This document shows, in pieces, positions 1 through 11,525 of a stretch of 43,946 nt of DNA; positions within the stretch are counted from its first letter, which is position 1, and each line of letters begins with the position of its first letter. This stretch comes from Anthoceros angustus. Taxonomy: Eukaryota > Plantae > Anthocerotophyta. A program made the translations under genes and the position numbers. The notes under the pieces are model-generated. The model worked only from the letters and a program-made list of their open reading frames with translations. It searched no databases and had not been told where the DNA came from. The stretch covers positions 1 through 43,946 of the forward strand of contig VJWM01000352.1 in NCBI GenBank assembly GCA_010909165.1. Reading direction: 5' to 3'.

Positions 1-64
1 TATCCTCCTTGGCCACCGAAGTGCTTGTTTGATTTTATCGGCACCATGTTTCTGCCTCACGGAG

Positions 65-1298
65 TGGGGACGGACCCTCCACTCGGCGTCAACTGCAGCA
101 TATTTATCAAGAAAAACTCCAGCAATTTATTTAGCAATTTTTCAGGAATTTTTCAGCCAAACAATCAGCAATTATGGCAGGCACCGGGCAACGTGTTTTA
201 TGTCTTACGGGCTTGCGTTTTGATTCAGGGCGAGCACATTTTGTCTTGTGACGGCCGGTGAATTCGCAAATTTTGCTATATTTCTCACGATCTTAGCAGT
301 GGTGTGAGACTTGATCGTGGATCGCGGCAGGATCGCCCGGCGACGAAATTTCTTGATGGAGAGATGGATTTTCCGGCCGATCGAGATCGGTAGCGGATCT
401 TGGCGCCTTTGGATTATATGGCACCGAGTGTGCGCGAGGCCGTCACGGGGGAGGCAGTTTTGTCTCCCGTTTCGTGAACCGCGGAAGCGCGGCAAGCTAA
501 CGCGGCATACCAGCGTCCAGGGCGGAGTTCGGGGTTATAGGCGAACAGACCTATCTGTTTTTGGCTTTTATTTATAGGCCGTTCTTATGGCCCGTCTATT
601 TTATTTTTCATTTTCTTTATGCCTATATTAAGTCCTTATTTATGACTTGATTATATATGTTAGATGCTTAAGTTTTAAGACCTTTTCTTAAGCGAGATAA
701 CTTTAGGTTTAGTGTGAGCCTATTTAACATTTAGGCCTCATTTTAAAAGCTAGACTTCACCCCTATATTCATAGTGAGTGGGAGTGATGAAATAGGTCTA
801 GATTAGGGCACTATTCATTAGGGCCTTATAACTTAAACATTATTATCTACCTAGGGTTATTTAGGTAGTTAGTAGTTATATTAGTTACAACAACTTACGG
901 TTGCAACTACTTATGGTTGCAACCATTTATGGTTGTAACCACCCAACTACCCAGCCTATTTAAAGGCTTGTACTTTACTCATTAATTACTTACATTGTTT
1001 CTTCTTCTAATCTAAGAGCTACGATTCTCATCAAGACGTGACTGCAATTGTGTGGTATCGTTGTAGGTTGAGGCAGGTGAATTTAAGCGGCTGGTGTAGC
1101 TGCTGTAGAGGGAGCGTGAGAGGGCGCCTTGCTTGTTTAGAAGGCCGAGGTAGTGTGTAGCTGCAGGTAGTGACTGATTTCTCAAGATCCGACCGTTCCA
1201 CAAGTCTCATGGGACGAAACCCAACGTACGAAACGACAGTGGGATAAGTGTGGCCGCTAGAGGGTGAATCTCGGAAGCCCCGGGATCTGCCTCCCACA
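65..1298 (+). repeat. 5' LTR of Athila-like Ty3/gypsy element, family A copy 1
   Basis: Repeated at 4770-6004. Ends ...CTCCCACA immediately before a tRNA-Asp PBS and has an AT-rich middle with a TATA-like box. The 5' boundary is approximate. Confidence 0.8.
957..964 (+). promoter_or_regulatory. Putative LTR TATA box (TATTTAAA), preceded by GGTTG(C/T)AAC repeats
   Basis: Conserved in the second LTR copy (5672-5679), about 340 bp upstream of the LTR end. Confidence 0.5.
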
Positions 1299-1302
1299 TT
1301 TT

Positions 1303-1320
1303 TGGCGCCGTTGCCGGGGA
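1303..1320 (+). promoter_or_regulatory. Primer-binding site complementary to the tRNA-Asp 3' end (Athila-type)
   Basis: TGGCGCCGTTGCCGGGGA is the reverse complement of the plant tRNA-Asp(GUC) 3' 18 nt including CCA. It lies 4 nt after the LTR-terminal CA. Confidence 0.9.
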
Positions 1321-2989
1321 CTTGTTGCTGAACAGTTGAAATTTTGAGATTTTCGTTGCTAGCTTGCAATATGAGCTGAGAAGATCTTGTAAGGAGGTGG
1401 AGCGGGGGTCTAGGAAGAAGCCTATACGTCCTAGAACCCATGCGTTGTGAAGGAGGAGCTCCACGCCTCCTGAATGGTGTGATTTGTGTGTTCCTGCAGC
1501 AAGAATGGCGCATGGAGTTGGCTGATTTTTCTTTAACAACCGTGTTTTGGAGGCTATGAGGATGCTTGCAGATGTCTAGCAGAGGAGGGGAGAGGAGAAA
1601 ACCGTAGGAGGTCACCCCCACCATCGCAAGAGATCTAAGAGCTGCAAGAAGAAATCAATGGAGGGGAGGAAAACGCAATGGTTGCACGCTCCGTGGAGGA
1701 GGAAGAGCTAAGGGCGCTTGAGGAGGAGGCCGTTTTGCCCTTGCCTACAAGGGGAGCCAAGTGATCCAGCAGAAAACGCTTCTGGAGAAGGGGACGTCGA
1801 AATCACCGACAGCGAAACAAAGGAGGTGGTTGAAGAGGAGTTGGTATGTGAAGAGGAAAGCGAGGAGGAAGCACCGTTTCTGGAGCACGATTCAAGTTCA
1901 GCTACCAGCACTGGGCCTTCTCAACGCTGGACCTTCAGGAGTGGTGGATCCAGCTCAACTCCAAGCGAAACAGAAAGTGAAGAAGGTGGGGTGAGCAGTG
2001 GGGAATTTCAGGCGTGGTCTGAAGATCTTGCGGAGCGCCTTGATAGAATCACTGCTCAGCTCACAGTCTTGGGACGCACACCTAGGGGAGACACCATCCC
2101 ACAACCGTCCCCAATCTTTTGTGGGACACCTTTCGCAGAGAACTTTGGTTGGAGAATTTACCAGGAGAGGAAGGGAGTGTGAGTTCGCCTAGCTCATCCT
2201 GGACCAAGCAACATGAGTGGAGCAGGAGTAGGAGGGGATTTGCTGTTTGGATAGTTGTGTGTTGAGGGGTGTGAGCGTGCTGCGTAAGTCTAGCCTGGGA
2301 GGGGAGGAAGTAATTTTCGTGTAGGAGTTGAGAGGAGATCACCCCGCCTTTGTCTCGCAAGGGATTTGTGAACTGAATGGAGAAATCATGTGTGAAGAAA
2401 GCTTAGTTGCTGATGTGCAAAGGAAGAAGCGGAGGAGAGAGCTCTTGAGGAAGCTACATGTGCTAACATCTTCAAGGGTTCCGTTGAGGAAGAAGAGGTA
2501 GTTGTCTAAGAGCAAGAGGAGGTTGTGCTCACGGACAGCGAGAGGAAGGAGGTTGTTGCCGAGGAGTTGCGATCAAGGGTGAGGGTCAAGAATCCGAGCA
2601 AGCGGTTAATAATTTCAAGGTACATCTTCCGCTCTGAGGAGGATTTTTCGTGGATTGTTGAGCTCTTCTAGCTCGAGTTCGTCAAGAGGAGGAAGGCAAG
2701 AGGGTGAGATTTGGCAAAGGGAGAAGTTGGGGTATGAGATCTAATGGTCGAGTTTGCAAGGTCTTGATCGACCATCGCCCCTGCCCTTTCAACCTTGCTT
2801 GTTAGGAGGACGAGGCGCTTGTGTGCCCAAGTCTGTATAGTACATCCCGCTTGCAGCATTTGTTACCGCCAAGACAGGTGGAATTGCTGGGAGGTGTGCC
2901 CGCTTTGTGGACGCCTCAACCATGAGTGGAGGAAGTGGAGGTGGTGGAAGTCACCACCCCACCCGCCAGCAATATGGGAGATTTGGGAG

Positions 2990-3200
2990 AAGAAACGAGG
3001 TGAAGATGATGAGGCTTTTGTGCAAACTTTTGAACATGTGACTCATGCGAATTTGGAAGTCTCGTGGATTGTCTCAAAATTTTCCTAGAGTACTTCGAGG
3101 TCATGCCCAGCAGCAGTATAGTCACACGATGGAGCATCACCATTGGATTGGGATGAGAGCTGTATCTTTGAACCGGTTTTGTGGCTTAAGCTATGCACAT
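2990..3200 (+). pseudogene. Gag (Retrotrans_gag-like) remnant, frameshifted
   Basis: Rebuilt peptide EDDEAFVQTFEHVTHANLE...NFPRVLRGHAQQ matches the LxGxAxxW-type gag pattern. Confidence 0.55.
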
Positions 3201-4478
3201 CACACGCTGGTCCGGTTGAGGACTCAAGAAGGAAGAGGAGGGAGTCTTTGTATGATTACATAGAGGAGAGAGTACCACGGCCACCCAAGGATGTAGCTCG
3301 CAAAAGCAAGGCCTATGGTATGACCTTTCTTGATAAAGGTTGGGAAACAAAGGTAGGAAGGAGTTAGAGGAACACATGTAGATCCATGTGCCATAGAGCT
3401 AGAATGTGGTAAGGTGGTGAAGATTTCTAAGTGTAGAGGAGATGGTAGAGTTTAAGAAGGTGCAGGAAGAGCATGAGAATGCGGGTTTCATTTTTCACCG
3501 AAACCGGAGAGCGACTTGAGGCCACGGATGACCGATTTCGACGAGGAGTTGGTTGCCACGGCCTGGGTCAAGGGAGGACGTGAGCATGTTGTAGACGGCC
3601 TAAGGATTGATCAGCAAGTCTTGTTGCCAGCAGAGAGGTCAAATGAGCAAGAAGGAGTTGTGCGTGAAAAGCAACAGGACAACTGGAAATCCGAGGATAA
3701 AGGAATGGGCGCGAGGAGGAGGCTGGAATGTTCCTCAAGGGTGAGCAGTCAGGAGGGCTGCAAGTGGAGGCCAGCCGTTGGCAAAGAAAGAAGCAAAACG
3801 ACATGGAGCACCGCTTTTGAGCGCGGAAGGCCCCACTTGGCGTGGTCGGCCAGGCGCCATGAGGCCGCGAGGAGGAGAAGGCCCTAGGGAGGTGGACACG
3901 CCGAGGGCGAGGAGGAGATGCGCTTCATGAAAAGGAGCGTAACCAGGGAGAGTTGGATCTGGGCAATCACTCAAAATTCGACCATGGAGGTGCAGCAAGG
4001 CGAGGAGGTCGCCATGGGAGCGCGATCTGGACCTGGACATGAGGCTAGGCCAACAAGAAGGGAGGAAATCGGAACTTGGTGGAAGGGAGCTTAGCAACCG
4101 ATCAAGCTAGAAAACTTGATTGGCAAAAGCGGGGAGGAAACAGTTTTGCGAATGAGGTTGAGTATGTCGCCGGGCAACGACGCTGGGTCTGCTGGTAAGC
4201 AAGCTAGCAGGAGGCCACGATGGTGGCAAGGATGATGGAGAAATTGCGAAGAAATCGCAATTTGGAGGAAGGAGAAGTGGCACACAAAAATGGAGGCCGA
4301 GGAGTCAGGTGCGCTAGAGCCCGTGAGCGAGGATGGCTCTATGGTGATGTGTATGAAGGAGGATTGTGGAGAAATCACACCTCAAGATATGCTTGCGGTG
4401 GAATTGCAAGAAGGGCGTCGACCAATTCACACCGATTATGGAATTGCTGCCGTGAAACCGCAGAACGAAGGAGATCGC

Positions 4479-4769
4479 TGCACGGACCCTCCACTCGGCC
4501 AATGCAGCATATTTATCAAGAAAAACTCCAGCAATTTATTTAGCAATTTTTCAGGAATTTTTCAGCTATTTCCAGCATATAAATCCAGCAAATATTTCAA
4601 GGGCAGAAACACAAACAATCAGCAATGAAACCGGGCAACGTTTTGTCATGCTTTGATCCGTGGCGAGTACATTTTTAGACGCGCGAGTCTGCCGGATTTT
4701 CCGCCACCTATTTCTCACCGATCTTTGGCAAACAGGTCAGGACTGATCGCCCGGATCGCGACAGATCGC
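4479..4769 (+). repeat. Partial duplicate of the family A LTR 5' end
   Basis: TGCACGGACCCTCCACTC... occurs at both 4479 and 4770, a tandem duplication of about 290 bp. Confidence 0.8.
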
Positions 4770-6004
4770 TGCACGGACCCTCCACTCAAGGCCAACTGCA
4801 GCATATTTATCAAGAAAAACTCCAGCAATTTATTTAGCAATTTTTCAGAATTTTTCAGCTATTTCCAGCATATAAATCCAGCAAATATTTCAAAAGGGAG
4901 AAACACAAACAATCAGCAATTATGGCACCGGGCAACGTGTTTTATGTCTTACACGCGTTTGATTGAGCACATTTTATGCGTGACGGTGGATTTCGCCAAA
5001 TTTTGCTATATTTCTCGATCTTAACCTTGATTTGGCGCTTGATGTGGCCGGCAATCATGGACGGATCGCACCGGATCGGGCAGGCAGAAATTTCTTGATG
5101 GAGATGGATTTTCCGCCGATCGGAGATCGAGGCGCGGATCTGCCATGGATTATGGCACCGAGCGCGGAGCGCTGCGGGGAGAAGACAGTTTTGTCTCCCG
5201 TTTAAATGAACGCGGGAAGCAACCCGGCCGGCATCTAGCGCCCATACAGGCGCGGGAGGCCGTTGCCAGGCGAAGCGGGCTATCCTGTTTTGGCTTTTAT
5301 TTATAGGCCGTTCTTATGGCCCGTCTATTTATTTTTCATTTTTCTTTATGCCTATATTAAGTCCTTATTTATGACTTGATTATATGTTAGATGCTTAAGT
5401 TTTTAAGACTTTTTCTTAAGCGGATAACTGGGTTTAGTGTGAGCCTATTTAACATTTAGGCCTCATTTTAAAAGCTAGACTTCCCTATATTCATAGTGAG
5501 TGGGAGTGATGAAATAGGTCTAGATTAGGGCACTATTCATTAGGGCCTTATAACTTAAACATTATTATCTACCTAGGGTTATTTAGGTAGTTAGTAGTTA
5601 TATTAGTTACAACAACTTACATGTAACTACTTATGGTTGCAACCATTTATGGTAGGAACCACAACCACCCATATTTAAAGGCTTGTACTTTACTCATTAA
5701 TTACTTACATTGTTTCTTCTTCTTCTAATCTAAGAGCTGCTGATTCTCATCAAGACGTGACTGCAATTGTGTGGTATCGTTGTAGGTTGAGACGGGTGAA
5801 TTTAAGAAGCAAAGACAGTGGTGTGGCTGCGAGAGGGAGCGTGAGAGGTGCCTTGCTTGTTTAGAAGGCTGAGGTAGTGTGTAGCAGTAGGACGATTCAA
5901 GATCCCACTGCTCCACAAGTCTCATGGGACGAAACCCAACGATAAACGATGGGATAAGTGTGGCCGCTAGAGGGGAATCTGGGAGCCCCGGATCTCCTCC
6001 CACA
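4770..6004 (+). repeat. 5' LTR of family A copy 2
   Basis: Near-identical to 65-1298, ends CCCACA and is followed by a degenerate PBS. Confidence 0.8.
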
Positions 6005-6008
6005 TTTT

Positions 6009-6025
6009 TGGCGCTGCTGTCGGGA
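6009..6025 (+). promoter_or_regulatory. Degenerate tRNA-Asp PBS
   Basis: TGGCGCTGCTGTCGGGA, at the same position as the PBS at 1303. Confidence 0.7.
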
Positions 6026-7634
6026 CTTGTGTCAATGAAATTTTGAGATTTTCGTTGCTAGCTTGCAGTATGAGCTGAGAAGATCTTGTAAGGAGGTGGA
6101 GCGGGGGTCTAGGAAGAAGCCTACACGTCCTGGAACCTGTGCGTTGTGAAGGAGGAGCTCCACGCCTCCTGAATGGTGTGATTTTTGTGTTCCTGCAGCA
6201 AGAATGGCGCATGGCAGGAGTTGGCTGATTTTTCTTTAACAACCGTGTTTTGGAGGCTATGAGGATGCTTGCAGATGTCTAGCGAGAGGAGGAGGAGAAA
6301 ACCGTAGGAGGTCACCCCCACCTATCGCAAGAGATCTAAGAGCTGCAAGAAGAAATCAATTGAGGGAGGAAAACGCAGCGGTGGTTGCACGGCGGCTCCA
6401 GGAGGAGGAAGAGCTAAGGGCGCTTGAGGAGGAGGCCGTTTTTGCCCTTGCCTACAAGGGGGAGCCAAGTGATCAAGCAGAAAATGCTTCTGGAGAAGGG
6501 GACGTCGAAATCACCGACAGCGAAACAAAGGAGGTGGTTGAAGAGGAGTTGATGTATGAAGAGGCGAGGAGGCACCATTTCGAGCGCGATTCAAGTTCAG
6601 CTACCAGCACGGGCCTTCTCAACGCTGGACCTTGAGTGGTGGATCTAGCTCAACTTCCAAGCGAAGCAGAAGTGAAGAAGGTGGGGTGAGCGGAGAATTT
6701 CGTGGTCAAGATCTTGCGGAGCGCCTTGATAGAATCACGCTCAGCTCCATTGGGACACACCTAGGGAGACACCATCCCACAACCGTCCCCAATCTTTTGT
6801 GCAGGACACCCTTTCTGCAGAGAACTTTGGTTGGAGAATTTACCTGCAGGAGAGGAAGGGAGTGTGAGTTCGCCTAGCTCATCTGGACCAAGCAACATGA
6901 GTGGAACAGGAGTAGGAGGGGGATTTGCTGTTTGGATAGTTGTGTGTTGAGGGGGTGTGAGCGTGCTTGCAGAAGTCTAGTCGGGGGAGGGGAGGAAGTA
7001 ATTTTCGTGTAGGAGTTGAGAGGAGATCACCCCCGTCTTTGTCTGCAAGGGATTTGTGAACTGAATGGAGAAATCATGTGCGTGAAGAAAGCTTAGTTGC
7101 TGCTGATGTGCAAAGGAAGAAGCGGAGGAGAGAGCTCTTGCGGAGGAAGCTACATGTGCTAACATCTTCAAGGGTTCCGTTGAGGAAGAAGAGGTAGTTG
7201 TCTAAGAGCAAGAGGAGGTTGTGCTCACGGACAGCGAGAGGAAGGAGGTTGTTGCCGAGGAGTTGCGATCAAGGGTGAGGGTCAAGAATCCAAAAGTTAA
7301 TTTCAAGGTACATCTTCCGTTGCAAGAGGAGGACTTTTGTGGATTGTTGAGCTCTTCTAGCTCGAGTTTTGTCTGGAAGAGGAGGAAGGCAAGAGGGTGA
7401 GATTTGGCGGAGAAGTTGGGGTATGAGATCTAATGGTGAGCTTTCAAGGTCTTGATCGAATTACTGCCCATCTTGCTGCCCTTTCAACCTTGCTTGTTAA
7501 GAGGACTGAGGCGCTTGTGTGCCCAAGTCTGTGTATAGTACATCCCGCTTGCAGGCAGCATTTGTTTACTGCCAGTATTGCAGGGAATTCGTTGGGAGGT
7601 GTGCCCACAGTTTTGTGGACGCCCTCAACCATGA

Positions 7635-7950
7635 GTGGAGGAAGTGGAGGTGGTGGAAGTCAGTCACCCCACACCAGCATATGTGAGATTTGGGGAGAAG
7701 AAACGAGGTGAAGATGATGAGGCTTTTGTGCAAACTTTTGAACACGTGACTCATGCGAATTTGGAAGTCTCAGCCGTGGATTGTCTCCGAAATTTTCCTA
7801 GAGTACTTCGAGGTCATGCCCAGCAGCGGTAGAGTTGCGTATGCATCACGTTGGGTTGGGATTTATGAGAGCTGTATCTTTGAACCGGTTTTGTGGCTTA
7901 AGCTATGCACATCACGTTGGTCCGGTTGAGGACTCTCAAGGAAGAGGAGG
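7635..7950 (+). pseudogene. Gag remnant, copy 2
   Basis: ORF 7635..7832: YVRFGEKKRGEDDEAFVQTFEHVTHANLEVSAVDCLRNFPRVLRGHAQQ. Confidence 0.55.
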
Positions 7951-9068
7951 GAGTCTTTGTATGATTACATAGAGGAGAGAGTACCACCACGGCCACCAAG
8001 GATGTAGCCTTCAAAGCAAGGCCTATGGTATGACCTTTCTTGATAAAGGTTGGGAAAGCATAGGAAGGAGTTAGAGGAACACATGTAGATCCATGTGCCA
8101 TAGAAAATTAGAGCTAGAATGTGGTAAGGTGGTGAAGATTTCTAAGTGTAGAGGAGATGGTAGAGTTTAAGAAGGTGCGGAAGAGCATGAGAATGCGTTT
8201 CATTTTTTTGGCGGAGAGCGACTTGAGGCCACGATGACCGATTTCGACGAGGAGTTGGTTGCCACCGCCTGGGTCGAAGGGGGAGGACGTGAGCATGTTG
8301 TAGACGGCCTAAGGATTGATCAGCAAGTCTTGTTGCCAGCAGAGAGGTCAAATGAGCAAGAAGGGAGCGTTGTGCAGGAAAAGTTGCAGCAGGACAATCT
8401 GGAAATCCGAGGGGAGATAAAGGGCGCCAGCATGGGCGCGAGGAGGAGGCTGGAATGCTCCTCAAGGGTGAGCAGTCAGGAGGGCTGCAAGTGGAGGCCA
8501 TCACGATGGCAAAAGAAAGAAGCAAAAACGGACATGAGAGCACCGTTTTTGAGCGACAGGAAGGCGCCCCCACTTGGCGAGGTCAGGCCAGGCGCCATGA
8601 GGCCGCGAGGAGGAGAAGGCCCTAGGGAGGTGGACACGCCAGAGGGCGAAGGAGGAGATGCGCTTCATGAAAAGTTTGAGCGAACCGCAGAAGGGGAGAG
8701 TTGGCAGATCTGTGGGCAATCACTCAAAATTCGACCATGGAAGTGCAGCAAGGCGAGGAGGTCGCCATGGGAGCGCGATCTGGACCTGGACATGAGGCTA
8801 GGCCAACAAGAAGGGAGGAAATCGGAACTTGGTCGGAAAGGGAGCTTGCCAACGGACTGCAAGCTGGAAAACTTGCAGCATTGGCAAAACAGGGAGGAAA
8901 CGGTTTTGTGAATGAGGTTGAGCATGTCGTGGCAACGACGTCTGGGTCTGCTGGTAAGCGAGCTAGCAGGAGGCCACGATGGTGGCAAGGATGATGGAGA
9001 AATTGCGAAGAAATCGCAATTTGGAGGAAGGAGAAGTGGCACACAAAATGGTGTCGAGGAGTCGTGTG

Positions 9069-9375
9069 CGCTAGAGCCAGGAGCGAGGATGGCTCTATGG
9101 TGATGTGTATGAAGGAGGATTGTGGAGAAATCACACCTCAAGATATGCTTGCGGTGGAATTGCAAGAAGGAGGCGTCGACCAATTCACGGTCGATTGGAA
9201 TTGCTGCCGTGAAACGCAGCAGCGTGAGATCGCTAGAGCCAGGAGCGAGGATGGCTCTATGGTGATGTGTATGAAGGAGGATTGTGGAGAAATCACACCT
9301 CAAGATATGCTTGCAAGTGGAATTGCAAGAAGGAGTCGATTCACGGTCGATTGGAATTGCCGAGCTGCAGCAACG
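9069..9375 (+). repeat. About 162-bp tandem duplication
   Basis: CGCTAGAGCCAGGAGCGAGGATGGC... at 9069 and 9231. Confidence 0.85.
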
Positions 9376-10189
9376 TAAGGAGATCGCTGCTAGAGCGATC
9401 TAGGGCTAGACATGAGTCTAGAAGGTCGGGAGATGGTGTACCAGCGATGATGCAGTCCACGACTGCGGGCAGATACTGCGGCATCGACGCGGGAGAAGCT
9501 AGTTTTGTGAGCCGAGTTGAAGGCGGGGTTGTGGCCACAGCACCAACATCCACTGGTGAGCAAGATAGATGGAAACAAGCAAGGCGTGGCTGGCCTAGAG
9601 GCTGAAGAGCAAGTCTTGATGCCGTTAGAAAGCCAAGGATCCGTGAAGGGAGTTTTGTGCAGGAGATGCTGCAACCTAATGAATTGGGGATTTTGAGCGA
9701 GGAGAAAGAGTGAGCAGTCAAGAGGGCTGCAAGTGGAGGCCACGAAGTTGGCAAAGGGAGAAGAGAAAACGGAGAAATCGCGGAGGGACTCCCACACATG
9801 GCGTGTGTGGGAAGGCGTGGAGCCTGATGGGCCTCGGATGGTGTGCATGGAAAGAGCGAAAGCGATCCAAGGGAGCTTGCAGAAAACCAGAAAAGGAATT
9901 GGCGAATTCATGGGCGGCCAAGGAAGCCACTTTTGTGGAGGTACGGCATGTCGAGAGTATTGTCGTGGAGCGCCGCTCGGGCCGAGCCTAAGGTTATCAT
10001 GGCGGGACCACCGCTGCAAGAAGAGCAAGTTGACGCCTGGCGTGGATACGCGCCGATGCAAGGAGCGATCCACGGGTCATAATGTACATGGGGCTGCGCC
10101 ACGTCCTGTCCGGTGGGCGAGGTAGGAAGTGGCGAAAAGTGCATGGGAAGAGGAGGTTAGAACGTGAAGGACTCCCATGTCCACGTTAT

Positions 10190-10880
10190 TGAATGGTGAG
10201 GTATGAAATTTCTTGGAGCACGGAATCATGCTGGATAGTTTGTCTAGGGAAGGGCGTGCTGTCTTTCTCCCTAGAGCTGTGCCTTATTGTCTAAGAGATG
10301 GGGTCTTATACAAGCTTGGTTTGGATGAGAAGATCCGACGTTGTTTGGAAGGGAAGGAAGCTTCTCTTCTTAAAGAAGCTTTGCATGCAGAAGAGGTTGG
10401 AGGCCATTATTCAGTGTAAATCACGGTGAAGAAGATCTTAGATGCAGGCATTGTGGGCTTACAGGACAGCGGAGAAAGTGACTACCAAGAAGACTCCATA
10501 TTATTTAACGAATGATGCCCATTGAATTTGAAGTACCTACCTATAGAATCATGGAGGATGAACGCATGACTGTAGAGGATAGCCAGGTAGCTAGACTAGA
10601 ATCTTTCATAGAGCAGGAGGAACGTAGGGAAGATGCTTTAGAAGAAACTCAGATTCGTGGAGCTTAGAAAGGATAGGCATGATGGGAAGTTGAGGCAAGA
10701 AGCTATCATGGCCGGGATTTGGTTCTTCTATATGATAGTGGATATGGACTTCCAGGAAGCTTAGGTTGAGATGGATGGGACCTACGAGGTGGTGGCGTAT
10801 GAGAATGGATCCGTGCAACTACGTGTCGGATGGGGATTTGCTACCAACTAGAGTGAATGGGTGGAAGGTTAAGAAGTACC
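10190..10880 (+). pseudogene. Ty3/gypsy integrase remnant: HH part of the zinc-binding domain joined to the C-terminal GPY/F region, DDE core absent
   Basis: YCLRDGVLYKLG...RRCL...LHAEEVGGHYSV.ITVKKILDA runs directly into LWAYRTA..TP...PIEFEVP...GDLVLLYDS...KLRLRWMGPYEV...VNGWKVKKY. Confidence 0.85.
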
Positions 10881-11127
10881 TTCAAGATTGTTTGTGCGAG
10901 GACGCAAACAGTGAGGAGGGGAGTATGTGGAACGCAAAAGTTTGGGCAACAAGCTTAAATGAGTTGCTTTAGAACAGGCCCACGCTCTTTTGCTAGAAAT
11001 GGTTTGGTGAAGACATGCAAGGAAATTTTTGCTCCTTTTGAGCGGGAGTTGTAGGACCATGTCGGAAGGCAGAGGATATGCAGGAAAAGAAACGGGTCAA
11101 AACGACCTTGGTGAGGAGAAAAGGTAA

Positions 11128-11362
11128 CCTACATGAGTGGTAGGAGGTGTCCTACCACCGTGAAACTCCTACCATGGTAGACGAGGGTGGAGAGATCCTA
11201 CCACCGTGAGAATGACCCCGCTAGTGTTTTGATCACCTACCAGTGTAGGAATAGCTCACCATGGTAGGAGAGGGTAGGAATATATCCTACCAGTGAGTAA
11301 CTCCTACCGTGGTAGGAGAAAAGGAAACGCCTACCATGGTAGGTGTCCTACCACGGTGGGAT
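11128..11362. repeat. Cluster of palindromic CCTACC(A/G)TGGTAGG motifs
   Basis: Several full and half copies, e.g. at 11168, 11303 and 11330. The same cluster occurs at 26930-27125 and 41840-42070. Confidence 0.8.
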
Positions 11363-11525
11363 AGGTTGCTAAGGAAAGTAGCTTATGTTTTAGGCGGGAT
11401 AGGCTTGCTATATATAGGGTCTTTTAGTGGACTAGATAAATAGGCCAAAATAGGTAATTAAGAAATTAGAGGCTAATTTTCAGTAATTAGAAATTAGGAA
11501 AATAGGAGAAAAGGTATTTTAGTAT

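Larger units (their letters stand above)
65..4478 (+). mobile_element. Family A copy 1: 5' LTR, PBS and gag-bearing internal region, 3'-truncated
   Basis: Collinear with 4770-9390. It breaks off at GAGATCGC(TGC), where a new LTR begins. Confidence 0.8.
4770..11525 (+). mobile_element. Family A copy 2: non-autonomous Athila-like element (gag remnant, no RT/RNase H seen, core-deleted integrase), interrupted at 11526
   Basis: LTR, PBS, gag remnant and integrase N- and C-terminal motifs. Its 3' part matches 41632-42232 up to TTAGTAT and then diverges. Confidence 0.8.

Noticed and set aside
1170-1230. Hammerhead ribozyme (retrozyme-like) suggested by the GTCT-CATG-GGAC hairpin followed by GAAAC
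   Set aside because: The required CUGANGA core directly 5' of stem II is absent in all four copies (CACAA instead). Kept only as a structured motif.
1303-1320. tRNA gene
   Set aside because: Only 18 nt of antisense match at the PBS position, with no cloverleaf.
1031-1624. 197-aa minus-strand ORF and the similar ORF 14392..15081 sharing VGFRPMR/GLLNKQ peptides
   Set aside because: These are antisense translations of the conserved LTR nucleotide motif, and the frames are not conserved between copies.
7950-10190. Hidden protease, RT or RNase H in family A
   Set aside because: No DxG, YxDD or RNase H motifs were recognised in any frame. The region is E/R/G-rich low complexity with internal repeats. 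Heavily decayed remnants cannot be excluded without an HMM search.
11128-11362. CRISPR array
   Set aside because: Repeats are short, degenerate and irregularly spaced, with no unique spacers or cas genes, in a eukaryotic retroelement context.
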